A stretch of 64,000 nt of DNA from Eledone cirrhosa (Eukaryota): the NCBI GenBank assembly GCA_964016885.1, contig OZ024754.1, positions 868,001-932,000 on the forward strand, given 5' to 3'. How positions within the stretch are numbered: the first letter of the stretch is position 1; every line of letters starts with the position of its first letter. A program made the position numbers and the translations under genes. This document shows, one piece after another, positions 38,625 to 50,585 of the stretch. The notes beneath the pieces are model-generated. The model was given only the letters and a program-made list of their open reading frames with translations. It made no database searches and was not told where the DNA came from.

Positions 38625-38722
<98 letters not shown>

Positions 38723-38764
38723 TTTAGGTAATTCCAAGGAAAAGCAATTTAATCTGTTATCTTA

Positions 38765-38841
<77 letters not shown>

Positions 38842-39049
38842 ATTTATTAAGATAACAGATTAAAGTTTAAGCAAAGAATCGCTGCTTTCACCCTTATCGG
38901 GATCTTATATATGAAATGAATCTTGTGAATCGAATCGGACGAGATAGTTTCATTTTCTTCAAAGGAGATCTATTGTCAATGATACTCGAAGAGTGATTTA
39001 CTAATTAATCTAACACCCGTCCAACTGTTTAATGTCGTTTATAGTTTAC

Positions 39050-39700
39050 CTGGAAAGACCGTACTTGTTCTTCGTTAAGTTGGACATCACCGTCCGGAGC
39101 TATAGAAATGCTCTCAGCCTGCCAGTGAGGATTCAGATTGTTTAAAAGTACTTGCATTTCAGTACGCGGTATTTTCATTTGACAAGACAAACACAGGACA
39201 CGATGGGAACAGCCATGAAGCTCTGTTAATCGTTTACTACCAGCCTTCGAATGTAATGCATCAACATTTTGTGTGATTAACCAGTAGATCTGGCCAGATT
39301 TTTCCCAGGACGATAGAACATAATGACTAATATTAGGTTGGAAAGAAGAAAACTGAGGCCATGCCATAAAGTTCCTTGCCCAATATCGGCGTCGTTTGTC
39401 GTTATGCTTGAGGAATTCTTGGTATTGTATAGGTGTATGGTTACTACGTGCATACATTCCAACTTCTTCTGATCGGTAATCAGGAATACCACTTTCAGTG
39501 GAAACACCTGCACCTGTCAACACTGTTATCCTTTTGTTGTTTTGTAGAAATTTTCTGATTATATCAAGGTGGTGGTTTTCAACGGCGTTGCTTTTCGGAA
39601 CGAACATACTCCGGCAACGTTTATAAATAAGCATATCATTGTTGCGTAATAAAGAAAGTAAATTTAGGATGGAAATATCTTTGATTGCTTTAGTAATCAT
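39050..39700 (-). CDS. SIRT4: SIRT4 exon 1: mitochondrial class II sirtuin, 313 aa in total
   Basis: LTGAGVSTESGIPDYRSE, RRRYWARN, ITQNVDALH, ELHG and APDGDV motifs. Basic N-terminal presequence-like segment; donor CAG|gtaaac. Confidence 0.95.
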
Positions 39701-40167
39701 TTTACTCCAATTAACATGACACGGTTATACGTTACATAATACCGAAAACTTGATGGCGCGAGTGAGAAAAACAAGGTTGTTTTGATCAAGAAAGAATATA
39801 AGGGAGATAATCACGCCTTCCTCAATTGTATGTGGAGTTTCGGGAAATTATAAGAGAAATTTTTACAAAATGGAAATGGCAAAGAAAGTTTTATATTTAA
39901 GCATTCAAAAATTAATAAGGGTGATTTTTTAAAAATATTATAAATCTAGTACTTATTGAACAAAAGTTATACAATGAGGGAAATATATATATATATATAA
40001 AAAGATTATCAACTAATCTGACCTTTTAAATGTTCATAATCGACTTAACTTTAACCATAAGCCTTTCTCCCTAATCCAGGAATAAAGGTCGATTGAGAGC
40101 ATCTTGGAGGTCAGATTAGTTGATAGCACATGAAAAAACCAAGGGGAAAATTTATAAAACCATATTG

Positions 40168-40226
40168 ATTCTATTATATATATTTCAAGGGTACCAAAAC
40201 TTTGGTACGCTCTCATCAGATAAAAT
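40168..40226 (-). ncRNA. Type I hammerhead ribozyme, AT-rich cassette family copy 1
   Basis: ATTTTAT CTGATGA GAGCGTACCAAAGTTTTGGTACCCTT GAAA TATATA TA ATAGAAT. Confidence 0.8.
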
Positions 40227-40443
40227 ACAAAGTTTGTTTTATAAATATTGACATATCCAGGAAGAAGATCTTAACGGTTCAAGTTTTTCATGGATATATA
40301 TATATATATGGTGTATATATATATGGTATATATATACATGGTATATATATATATAAAAACATATATATATATATGTATACCATATATATATATACACCAT
40401 ATATATATGTATATGTATATATATATATATGGTATATATACAT

Positions 40444-40487
<44 letters not shown>

Positions 40488-40533
40488 CATATATATATAT
40501 ATGTAGAAGGTGAGTAATATTGTAGAACAATAT

Positions 40534-40586
<53 letters not shown>

Positions 40587-40624
40587 AAGAAGAAATTAAA
40601 AGATGGTTAAAAGAGTTCCATATA

Positions 40625-40690
40625 TTTTATTATGCGCATTTCGAATACAAAATCATCCTGGGACAAAAATTGTGTTCTCATCAGATAAAA
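40625..40690 (-). ncRNA. Type I hammerhead ribozyme
   Basis: TTTTAT CTGATGA GAACACAA...TTGTATTC GAAA TGCGCA TA ATAAAA; palindromic stem III, AUA triplet. Confidence 0.8.
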
Positions 40691-40847
40691 TAAGGTAACA
40701 TGATATGAGCCATAATAGCACTTGTTTACAGGAAAATGCTAAGTCTACATTCTTCTTTATTATATATACTCCAGTTCTACCAACTGTTGAGTGTTACTTA
40801 TCTGATATATGCATAGTTTTATTGTTCTACAATATTACTCACTTTCT

Positions 40848-40893
<46 letters not shown>

Positions 40894-41364
40894 TTGTATA
40901 TATATATATATACCATGTATATATACCATATATATATATATATGGTGTGTATATATATATGGTATACATATATATATATATATATGTATTTATATATATA
41001 TACCATGTATATAATCCATATATATATATAAACATCATATATATATATATATTTAAAAGAATAGAGGTGTAACACACAAGTTATGATATATTGGTAAACG
41101 GAATAGAAAATGCCGACAAATTGTTCACAGTGAAAAATAGTTTAATTAGGAATAAGTGATAATTAGTAATAGTATTGGTTAGTATTAAGTTTTGGTTTTA
41201 AGTTTTACCGAAAAATTCCTGTCCAAACCCATGCAAGCGGGGAAGATGGACGTTAAACGATGATGATGATGATGATGATGATATATATATATATATATCC
41301 AGGAAAAACTTGAACCGTTAAGACCTTCTTCCTGGTTATGTCAATATTTATAAAACAAACTTTG

Positions 41365-41425
41365 TATTTTATCTGATGAGAGCGTACCAAAGTTTTGGTA
41401 CCCTTGAAATATATATAATAGAATA
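41365..41425 (+). ncRNA. Type I hammerhead ribozyme, AT-rich cassette family copy 2
   Basis: TATTTTAT CTGATGA GAGCGTACCAAAGTTTTGGTACCCTT GAAA TATATA TA ATAGAATA. Confidence 0.8.
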
Positions 41426-41465
41426 AATATGGTTTTATAAATATAGTTTCCATTTATTTAATATC

Positions 41466-41517
<52 letters not shown>

Positions 41518-41662
41518 ATCATCATCATCATCACCATTTTACGTCCGCTTTTCCCTGCTTGCATATATATATATAAGCAAAGGGTTATTTAATTTGTTGG
41601 TTATTCAACAAATTTATTTATAACAGATTCGAAGCACTCTACAATATTCTTCTGGAGTATAA

Positions 41663-41825
41663 TATCAATAATATTAATAAATGGAAACTATCTTTATAAA
41701 ACCATATTTATTTTATTATATATATTTGAAGGGTAGCAAAATTTCTTTTGCTACCCTTCAAATATATATAATAAAATAAATATGGTTTTATAAACATAGT
41801 TTCCTTTTATTAATATTATTGATAT
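41663..41825. repeat. Palindrome of about 160 bp built from two 3' halves of the hammerhead cassette
   Basis: ATATCAATAATATTAATAAA...GAAGGGTAGCAAAA TTTC TTTTGCTACCCTTC...TTTATTAATATTATTGATAT. Confidence 0.85.
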
Positions 41826-41948
41826 GCTAGCGTGGAATATACACGTTAAACGATGATGATGATGATGATGATGATGATGAGATATATATACCATATACAA
41901 TGATATTAAATAAATGGAAACTATATTTATAAAACCATATTTATTCTA

Positions 41949-42006
41949 TTTATTATATATTTCAAGCATACCAAAAAGTTTGGTACGCTTTCATCAGATA
42001 AAATAT
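41949..42006 (-). ncRNA. Type I hammerhead ribozyme, AT-rich cassette family copy 3
   Basis: TTTAT CTGATGA AAGCGTACCAAACTTTTTGGTATGCTT GAAA TATA TA ATAAA. Confidence 0.75.
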
Positions 42007-42289
42007 AAAGAGTGTTTTATAAATTTTGACATAGCCAAGGAAAACATACCTTATCAGTTGAATTTACCTTGGGTAGTGAGATTAAAGAACGGATTTTTCA
42101 AACTTATGAATGGGTATGTAAATGAATATGTAAATAAGGCTGAGTTATATGATTGCGAAACCGTTATTTTAAACGCTATGGAAAGTTTATATATATTAGT
42201 AAGAGAGAAAGAAAGAAAAAAGAAAAAAAGAAAAAAAGAAAAAGAAGAAGAAGGAAAAGGAAAAAGGAAAAAGAAGACCACTTATATAC

Positions 42290-42530
42290 GTTAATAAAAG
42301 GATAGTAAAACCCTATGCTAAAGTTTAATGTTACGTCTAAGAAGTTAACGATTTTATAGTTATTCTCTATTTCTAACTTAAGGTTATAATTATTGAAGAA
42401 TTGTATTATGGATTTTCTTTTCCTATTAATTTCACAATTACTATGGTTTTGAATTAAAAGCAGCATGTCATCACGATATAAACCCCCTGTCATCTCTGGC
42501 ATTTTCCTATGCAGTGTATTATTAATAAAT
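42290..42530 (-). mobile_element. Penelope-like element reverse transcriptase fragment
   Basis: GGLYRDDMLL...IIQFFNNYNLKLEIE...VNFLDVTLNF..G.YYPF, matching the PLE RT catalytic and thumb motifs. Confidence 0.8.
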
Positions 42531-42572
42531 AAGCCATATATATATACCTTATATATATACCTTATATATATA

Positions 42573-42635
<63 letters not shown>

Positions 42636-42670
42636 ATATATATATATATATATATACCATATATATATAT

Positions 42671-42709
<39 letters not shown>

Positions 42710-42749
42710 AATTAATATATATATATTATCATATATATCATCACCATAT

Positions 42750-43075
42750 ATATCATCATCATCATCATCATCATTGTTTAACGTCTATCTTCCACGCTAG
42801 CATGGGTTTAGATGGGATTGGTCCCACGTGTGTCAAGATTGGTCGGGAGACCATGTCTCGCTCGTATAGGACTGTCTAGCAGGTTTTCTACGGCTGGATG
42901 CCCTTCCTAACACCAACCACGTTTACAATGTGGACTGGGAGGTTTTTACCGTGTTACCTACATGACCACATTACAGCGTGGACTGCGTGTTTTTTTGTCG
43001 TGACACCTACACAACCTCATTTATTTTGGACTGGATGTTGTGGTACCAACATAATTTTACAGAGAGAGGGTGGTG
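42750..43075 (-). mobile_element. RTE 3' UTR / tail fragment
   Basis: Matches the LINE 3' UTR at 27560-27887. Confidence 0.75.
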
Positions 43076-43289
43076 TCGGTTAAAGATGGAGCAGTATTTA
43101 TGACCTATGGGAAAGTGTCTATCTAAGAGGGCTAGAAATGTTTTGCCTACATTGGTTTTAATGTTGAGTGAGAAGGGAGGAGAGAACCAGATAGTTTGTC
43201 TATTGTTACGCTTTCTTTTCTTATTGCTGTTGTTGATAGTGGGAGAGTAAGGTCATAAATACCGCTCCATCTTTAAGCGACACAAAGTA

Positions 43290-44082
43290 AAACTAGGATA
43301 CTCCTGCGCTAAGAACATGAAGGCCCACATCACCAACAGCCCTAAGAGTAACACCCCACCAGGGTGCTTTTGCCGTAAGCCCGAAGCTTGTCCCCTTCAA
43401 CAGCAATGCAACACAGCCGCTGTAATTTGTGAAGGTGTGGTCACTTTCACCCGACCAAATCAACCACAGGAGGTCAAATCCTATATGGGTATGGCGGAGG
43501 GCCGATTTAAGGAACGCTTCCTGAACCACCAGTCGACCTTTAGGTACCCGGACAGACGTTCATCCACGAAACTCGCGAGCCACGTATGGTTCCTCAAGGA
43601 CTCAAGTATAGACTACTCCATTCAATGGAAAGCCATCACTAAGTCCAAGCCATACGCAAGGGGAAATCCGTCGTGTGGACTATGTATTGATGAACAAATA
43701 AATATTCTAAAGAGATTATGCAATAGTGATTGCGGAAACACAAGAAATGAATTCTTCACACGTTGTCCTCACGTCTCGAAACACCTCTTACATAACTACA
43801 AAGCCCCGGATTGAATCACAACAACATCCTAATTTTCTTATCAACTAGAAATTTTTCGGACTTTCGCAGTTATCTCCCTTACACCTCTCGCACGCTTTTT
43901 AGTATTGCCTATGTGAAGTGACGGTTTCTGCGCATGCGCGTTCTTACGGTTGTCCTTCCTGTTCCGTATAACCATGTCTATTACGAGCTGAGGATCCGCT
44001 AAGGTGAAACAATTGTTCTCGGTATGGTGAACTAACTGTTGTGTAACCACTTCTACCTAACTCGTCCCATGGACTGAGTGCT
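43290..44082 (+). mobile_element. 5'-truncated Penelope-like element: GIY-YIG endonuclease ORF (43317-43814) plus 3' terminal repeat region
   Basis: C.CR.PE.CPL...C....VIC...V.......YMG.AEG.FKERF.NH..TF, T.LASHVW.LK, I.WK, CGLC..E and N.RNE....CPH. Confidence 0.9.
43984..44021 (+). ncRNA. Minimal type I hammerhead ribozyme of the Penelope terminal repeat
   Basis: CGAG CTGAGGA TCCGCTAAGGT GAAA CAATTG TT CTCG. Stem I CGAG/CTCG, palindromic stem III; 170 nt downstream of the GIY-YIG stop. Confidence 0.88.
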
Positions 44083-44237
44083 CAGTCCATGGTATATATA
44101 CACATACATATATAAATTCAGCGAGAATCGTATTTCGGCGGGTAGAAAAAGCGAAACGTAACGCAAATTCTCTCTCTATATATATAAGTTTATACAATAT
44201 ATTAATAAATGGAAACTATATTTATAAAACCGTAATT

Positions 44238-44300
44238 ATTTTATTATATATATTTCAAGGGCAACCAAGGCAGCCTTGGTGCGCTTTCATCAGATAAAAT
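44238..44300 (-). ncRNA. Type I hammerhead ribozyme, AT-rich cassette family copy 4 (covariant stem II)
   Basis: ATTTTAT CTGATGA AAGCGCACCAAGGCTGCCTTGGTTGCCCTT GAAA TATATA TA ATAAAAT. Confidence 0.8.
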
Positions 44301-44879
44301 ATAAGATTTGTTTTATAAATATTGACATAACCGTGGAAAAACAACCTTGACGGTTGAAAGTTCGCTGGATAGTTTATACATACACATATAAGGTTATCCC
44401 GGGTTCAATCGGGGGGGGGGGGGGTAACCACAGTAAGTAAAGTACTCAATACATAGCAGAGTATAAATATTTAATATAGAAATGGCTTCTACAGGACTAG
44501 AACTGTTTCATTCGGGAGAATATATTTCGTTTCTGAATTTCGTTTCTTATTGGCAACATGACCCTCCCAAAGTATAACAATATATATATATATATATAAA
44601 TATATATTCAGCGAGAATCGCATTTCGGCTGGTAGATATATATATATATACGAGTGTAGGTACAAACGATAGAAAAGTGGCAAGCTATATTGGAAAAAAA
44701 TAATGAAGAAAAATTGAATTGTTGCGGAAACGTTTTCATTTAAAAGCCCATATGATTTCGTTTCGCCGAATTGGTTCCAATATTTAGATGGGCTCTTGGC
44801 ATCACACGTGTTGTTCGTCCATTAGCTCAAGTCAGTTATTTAGAGCAGAAATAATATTTGTCACACACTAATTTTTATA

Positions 44880-45009
44880 ATGGATCCAAAGAAGTTAGCA
44901 GATTTGCTTAGTAGAGTCCGAGGTGGAAGTAAACCTCTTACTGCTGGCTTGAGCCTTTTTGCCGTGGCTGGTGGACTAGCTTATGGCATCTCCCAGTCTA
45001 TATATACCG
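44880..45009 (+). CDS. PHB2: Prohibitin-2 exon 1
   Basis: MDPKKLADLLSRV..GLSLFAVAGGLAYGISQSIYT; donor G|gtaggc. Confidence 0.92.
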
Positions 45010-45754
45010 GTAGGCTTTCTCTCGTAAATTTTCATGTAACCTTTGGAGCTAGCACGCTCTTTCATAAACTTGTAGTTTTTGTTTGTTAAATTATTAAAAC
45101 GAAAGTATTTAATTTTTTAACACTATTCTGACGAAACTCTAATGTTTGTTACAACAATGTTATGTTTATTAATGTACCTATGTATTTCTGCTGCTAAAAG
45201 GCAACTAACCCTCCGAAGGTCATCTACCTTACCTTTTTTTTTAGCTTTGTTTCTATTTAGGTTGCTGTTTTGTTTTTAATATCTTACTAAAAAGTGGCAT
45301 CGAAAATGAACTTTTACTGTACATCCCAAAAGGAAATAGATTTTTATTTCAATTATCAGTTTAAAATTATCTACATAATTGAGAATTCTCGTTAAAACGT
45401 ACGCAACATAATCGATTTAACGTGGGTGTTTCTAAGTGATCGTTTGACCTGCTAAAAATAACAGCCAAATCTCCCTTAAAACATACGAACTCCCCTCCAC
45501 CCATAATCTTAATCGGTAAGACGTGTTAGATAATGTATTCCTGGATATCTATATAAGTGATGGTCAATGTTGGAATGTTTTTGATCATAAGTATTCTTAA
45601 TGTCATTAATTAATAAGAGTAACATTTTTTATATTATATTGTTTCCTAATTTCTAAGAACCCTAAAAATAGCAGTGAATGCTTAGTTTTAGCATAAATCC
45701 GGAATATATATGTATATTATAGTGGTAGAGCACTGGAAGGTAATATCCGTAGTG

Positions 45755-45930
45755 GTAGAGCACTCAGTCCATGGGACGAGTTAGGTAGAAGTGGTTACAC
45801 AACAGTTAGTTCACCATACCGAGAACAATTGTTTCACCTTAGCTCGTAATGGACATGGTTATACAGAACTATGTCCATTACGAGCTGAGCATCCGGTATG
45901 GTGAACTAACTGTTGTGTAACCACTTCTAT
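45755..45930. mobile_element. Inverted pair of Penelope terminal-repeat fragments in PHB2 intron 1
   Basis: Both arms match 43960-44082; each lacks a different part of the hammerhead. Confidence 0.8.
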
Positions 45931-46075
45931 GTATGTATATATATATATGTGTGTGTGTATGTTATATATATATATGTGTTGAAGTTTCCGTGGAAAAAGT
46001 AAAAGGAATGAAGAGTGCTCTATGTAAGTAACAGAGCTAAATATTTAATGTATAATAAACAACACAGTATAATTA

Positions 46076-46143
46076 CCTCATTACCCGAGGTTTCTCGAAC
46101 AGGACGAACACAAGAGACGTCTGCAATCGTTCGTCAGATAAGG
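46076..46143 (-). ncRNA. Type I hammerhead ribozyme (same family as 38481), antisense in PHB2 intron 1
   Basis: CCTTAT CTGACGA ACGATTGCAGACG...CGTCCTGTTCGA GAAA CC TCG GG TA ATGAGG. Confidence 0.75.
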
Positions 46144-46194
46144 CAATGTAACATAGTGCGATATTTGAAAATAGCTCAAGAAAGGCTAAAATGC

Positions 46195-46612
46195 TCCTCA
46201 TCTCACACAGGCATCATATAACCGTCCTTTCGGACGCAGGGAGAAACCCTTCTTTGTCAACAGAGGGAGCAGCTCCTTAAACCTTTTCCAAACCGTCCTT
46301 ATTCTAGATAGTATGGCCTCGGACGCCCCCCCCCCCCCCCCCCCATGCTAATCTGATCACCTAGGTACCGGAAGCTATCAACCACTTCTATAGAACCCAC
46401 CTGCATTGGAAAAATGAGTCTATCACATCGATTACTACTGCCAACTTTCCCTGTACTGCATAAGTAGTTTTCCCTACCTGTTAGTTTGCCTGCTATCCCA
46501 CTACATCTCTTGTGTACCCAAGATCTGCATTGCGTACATTTTATAGAATTTATGCCAGTTCCTTTCCTACATATCGAATATGGCCATTTCCCTGATGGAA
46601 TCAGAGTATTGT
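46195..46612 (-). mobile_element. Internal RTE LINE fragment (PHD-like finger region)
   Basis: Matches 36078-36480. Confidence 0.85.
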
Positions 46613-47529
46613 CAGATTAGTATACACCAAAAGTTGTGCTTTAACCCTTTTGACAACAAATTGACCCTGGTTCTAAATAAAATAAACTGAGCTGTTTATT
46701 TGAAAGTGTTTATATTTATCTAAAAGTCTTCCATTGTAAATTTACGTAAGAACTTTTAATATATGCTCTAAACTTTAGCTTAATAATGAGAAATTTAGGA
46801 TACTAAATTGTTTTAAATTCTTGATAATTTAAAACAATTATTTGAAAATCATAGGCAGTGCCCCAGCATGGCCTCAGCCAAATGGCTGGAACAGGTAAAA
46901 GAGTGTCTTTCATTAGTAATATGGTAATAGAAAGGTTAAAGATCTTTGAAATCATCTTTGTACCAACTCAGACTCTAGAGAATCACTCCAAAATGTGATC
47001 TGTCATCCATGATCAATCATCATCATCATCACAGTTTATTTTCCATACTTGCATGGAAGAACAGTAACAAACGAGAAATCTCTGAATTATAGATTCCTGT
47101 GTACATGTTTTGCGGTGTTAGAATCTTTATCGTCATCCGGGTAAAATAGAAGACATCCTAAGTGTTATAGGATTGAACCCAAGACTCGTTATAAAACAAA
47201 CACCTTAACCACATAGTCAGGTCTACTGCTATAGTTGAGGACTTTCTCGATAATTACATATTTACTTGTGTTTTTGTTTAACCTTTTAGTTACCAACCTA
47301 GCCAAAACCAACTCTGTTTCTCTGAAATAAAACCACCCATTTTAAAGGTTTCTTATTTAAATTAAAATCTTCCAACATATTTTATATAAGAACCATACAT
47401 TAAGTTACTATTTTAGTTATGAAATAATTAATAATTTTAGTAAATCCCTCAAAATTTTTCATTATTTAATTAAAACAGAAATGCAGTCACAAAAGGGTTA
47501 ATTGTATTATTTTTTTTTTCTTTTGATAG

Positions 47530-47611
47530 TTGAAGGTGGTCATAGAGCCATTATTTTCAGTAGGATTGGTGGAATTAAAAATGACATTTATCAAGAAGGA
47601 CTACATTTCAG
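47530..47611 (+). CDS. PHB2: PHB2 exon 2
   Basis: (V)[26 protein letters not shown](R); flanked by ag and gtaagt. Confidence 0.95.
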
Positions 47612-48075
47612 GTAAGTATTATACCTTTTGAACATTATTTAGTTTGTGTTAGTAAATTTAAATTAAAAAGTAGTTGGCATTAGGAATAGCACCCAACCAT
47701 AGAAACTGCCTAAATATGAAACATATGAGCAAGTTGTGGTTATCTGACCATGTCTCATCTCAGAACATGAGGACCTATCCATGTTTCATGTCAGCATAGA
47801 ATACGGATGTAAAATGATGGTGATGTCTATGTTCTCGTAAATTTTTGTATTGGCCTCAGTTCTCATTAAATTGTGTGATTTTGGGGCTTGATATAAAGCC
47901 ATGATCTTCTCTCATTTGGGCCTCAGTCCCTGGATTGATATGAAGCTATGCTTTTCTCTCATTTGGGCCTCAGTCACTGGATTGATGAACTTTTTAATCT
48001 CTTGATTCTAGAGCACTGTCATTGTTAATGTCTTGTGTATGTGAATGATTAAAACGTTGAACTTTTTCTTTCTAG

Positions 48076-48155
48076 GATCCCATGGTTCCAATATCCCATA
48101 ATTTATGATATTCGGGCTCGTCCAAGGAAATTGTCTTCTCCAACTGGTAGCAAAG
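48076..48155 (+). CDS. PHB2: PHB2 exon 3
   Basis: [26 protein letters not shown]. Confidence 0.95.
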
Positions 48156-49831
48156 GTAAAGCTAACTTTGTATTGTAATTTTGTATATTTAAAAGAATAA
48201 TTTTAATTATTGTTTTTCATTGTTGAGATTGAACTAATTTATTCTAAATTAATAGGTGACAAATTGACAGTCGTTAAAATGTCAGATAGAAGGCTTTGCT
48301 GTATTTGTTCCTGCTCTGAGTTCAAATCCCACTGAATTTAACTTTGCCTTTCTTTCGTGCTTGATAAATAAAGTATCAGTGCAAAACAACACTAGGACTG
48401 CATTTTCTAATACTGAAAATTTTCTCAACAATCTGTTCACTAGTAAAAATAATATAAACATTTGAATTAACAAACCCATTTTTAGATATTTTCTGCTAAA
48501 TCATGGTTGCATTTACATTACTCCATATTTATTATTATATTTTCATGGTAAAGGCTTCATCTCACATAATATCGAATCTATGAGATTTTGATATTATTTA
48601 TTTTGAGAACAATACCTTAACATCAGTATGAATGGCCAGTTACAGCTGGTTTGAACAGAAAGAGGTGAGAGAATTTTGGCCGGATACGGCTGATTTAAAT
48701 GCTAAAGGGTTAATGCTGTGAACTGTATGAGACAATGTTAGCATGGCATTGTTGAAAAGTACAAAATATCACTACAACTGCATCACATTAAAAATTAAAG
48801 TCGTTACTCTAATACTGTAAATTTTCACAACAATCTGTCCATTAGTAAAGATACTATAAACATCTGAATTAACAAACCCATTTTTAGATATTTTCTGTTA
48901 AATCTTTGTAGGACATTAACATTTGTTAGTGTCACATAACTCTATCCCTTCACATGCAGTTGTTTACTGTGGGTGAAGAATATTAATGCTCTTGCATGAA
49001 ATTTGTCACAAGGTTACAATACTGAGTTATTTGAAACCTGAGTTGTTGTCACAAGGTTACATATGCTATGAAAACTGTGTTATCATTTAAGGAATGTTGT
49101 TCATATGTAAGAGAATTTTAATATTTGTGATTTTAGTTAATCCTTTTGTTACAATATTTTAAAATCAAATATACTTTATTTCAATTAATTAATAAAGAAT
49201 TTAGAGGGATTTACTAAAATTATTATTTATTTCATTGTTAACCCTTCATTACGCTATATTTCTATTATATAGCCATGGTAAAGGCTTTGCCTCACGCAAT
49301 TATCTCCTATAATATCGAATTTATGAGATTTCGATATGATTTATTTTGAGAACAATACCTTAACATCAGTATGAGTGGCCGGTTACAGCTGGTTTGAACA
49401 GAAAGAGGTGAAAGAATTCTAGCTGGATATGGCCAGAAATGGTATTTGTAACTAAACAAAAGGTTCTCACATCAAATTATGTTGGAAGGTTTTAATTTAA
49501 ATAGGAATCCTTTAAATTAATTAAAATAGTGTATTTTATTAAAAATGCAGCCATGAAAGGGTTGATAATCTTACATTAAGTTACTATCTTATTAATGAAA
49601 TTATTAGTAATTTTAGTAAATCCCTCAAAATTCTTCATTAATTAATTAAATAGTGTATTTCATTAGAAATGCAATCATGAATGGGTTAAGATGTATATGG
49701 TTGGTAATGTTTACATATTCCATATTACTTATTCCCAACTGATGTTGGTGATTCTGTTATGTTTTGAAAGAACACAAAATAATTATTTTATTATTTCTAA
49801 TTATCAATTAATCTTTCCCTCCACTCTGTAG

Positions 49832-49956
49832 ATTTACAAATGGTTAACATTTCCCTTCGAGTCCTGTCACGACCAGATGCCTTTTATTTACCTACCATGT
49901 ACAGACAATTGGGGTTGGATTATGAAGAACGAGTGTTACCATCAATTTGTAATGAG
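49832..49956 (+). CDS. PHB2: PHB2 exon 4
   Basis: (D)[15 protein letters not shown]...[16 protein letters not shown]. Confidence 0.95.
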
Positions 49957-50219
49957 GTAAGGAACAAGAATTTCTTTTAACCCTACACATACACACACAC
50001 ATATAATTATATTAGGTATAAATTGAAGTTGTAGCTGCATATAGCAGGTATTAATCGAGTTGTTTGAGGCAATCACAAAGCACTCAATAGAGCGGTATGT
50101 TAATACACAACAATAAAAAAGTGTGACACCAAGAAAATGATTGAAGGCAGTGGCCATACATATACCACAACAACGATAAATACATATATCTTGAGTGACT
50201 TATATTGGTATTTAAAATA

Positions 50220-50317
50220 AACTCTGATGACACCCAGTCTATATTCACTAATGGCAAATTGTTAAATAAAATAATTTGCTATAGGTAGCATAACCTGGGT
50301 AGAAACAATTGTCAGTT
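50220..50317 (+). ncRNA. Type I hammerhead ribozyme with extended stem II, sense in PHB2 intron 4
   Basis: AACT CTGATGA C ACCCAG...GCAAATTGTT/AATAATTTGC...CTGGGT A GAAA CAATTG TC AGTT; GUC triplet. Confidence 0.8.
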
Positions 50318-50399
50318 AATGCCTTAAATTCTTTGGTTTGTAAATAAACTATATATATATTATATATATATATATATACCTTATCTCATTCTTCTTCAG

Positions 50400-50585
50400 G
50401 TTCTGAAAAGTGTTGTTGCCAAATTTAATGCCTCTCAACTGATTACTCAGAGACAGCAGGTCAGTGTTCTCATCCGACGTGAACTACACAATCGTGCAAA
50501 GGACTTCAATATTATTCTTGATGATGTCTCTATTACAGAGCTAAGTTTTGGTCGGGAATACACAGCCGCTGTAGAATCTAAACAG
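50400..50585 (+). CDS. PHB2: PHB2 exon 5
   Basis: [22 protein letters not shown]...[22 protein letters not shown]. Confidence 0.95.

Noticed and set aside
40202-41077. YI-rich ORFs (also at 10203-10588, 38245-38565 and 42465-42710)
   Set aside because: (TA)n microsatellite translations.
45128-45137. CTGACGAAAC as a hammerhead core
   Set aside because: No stem II between the core boxes and no closing stem I or III.
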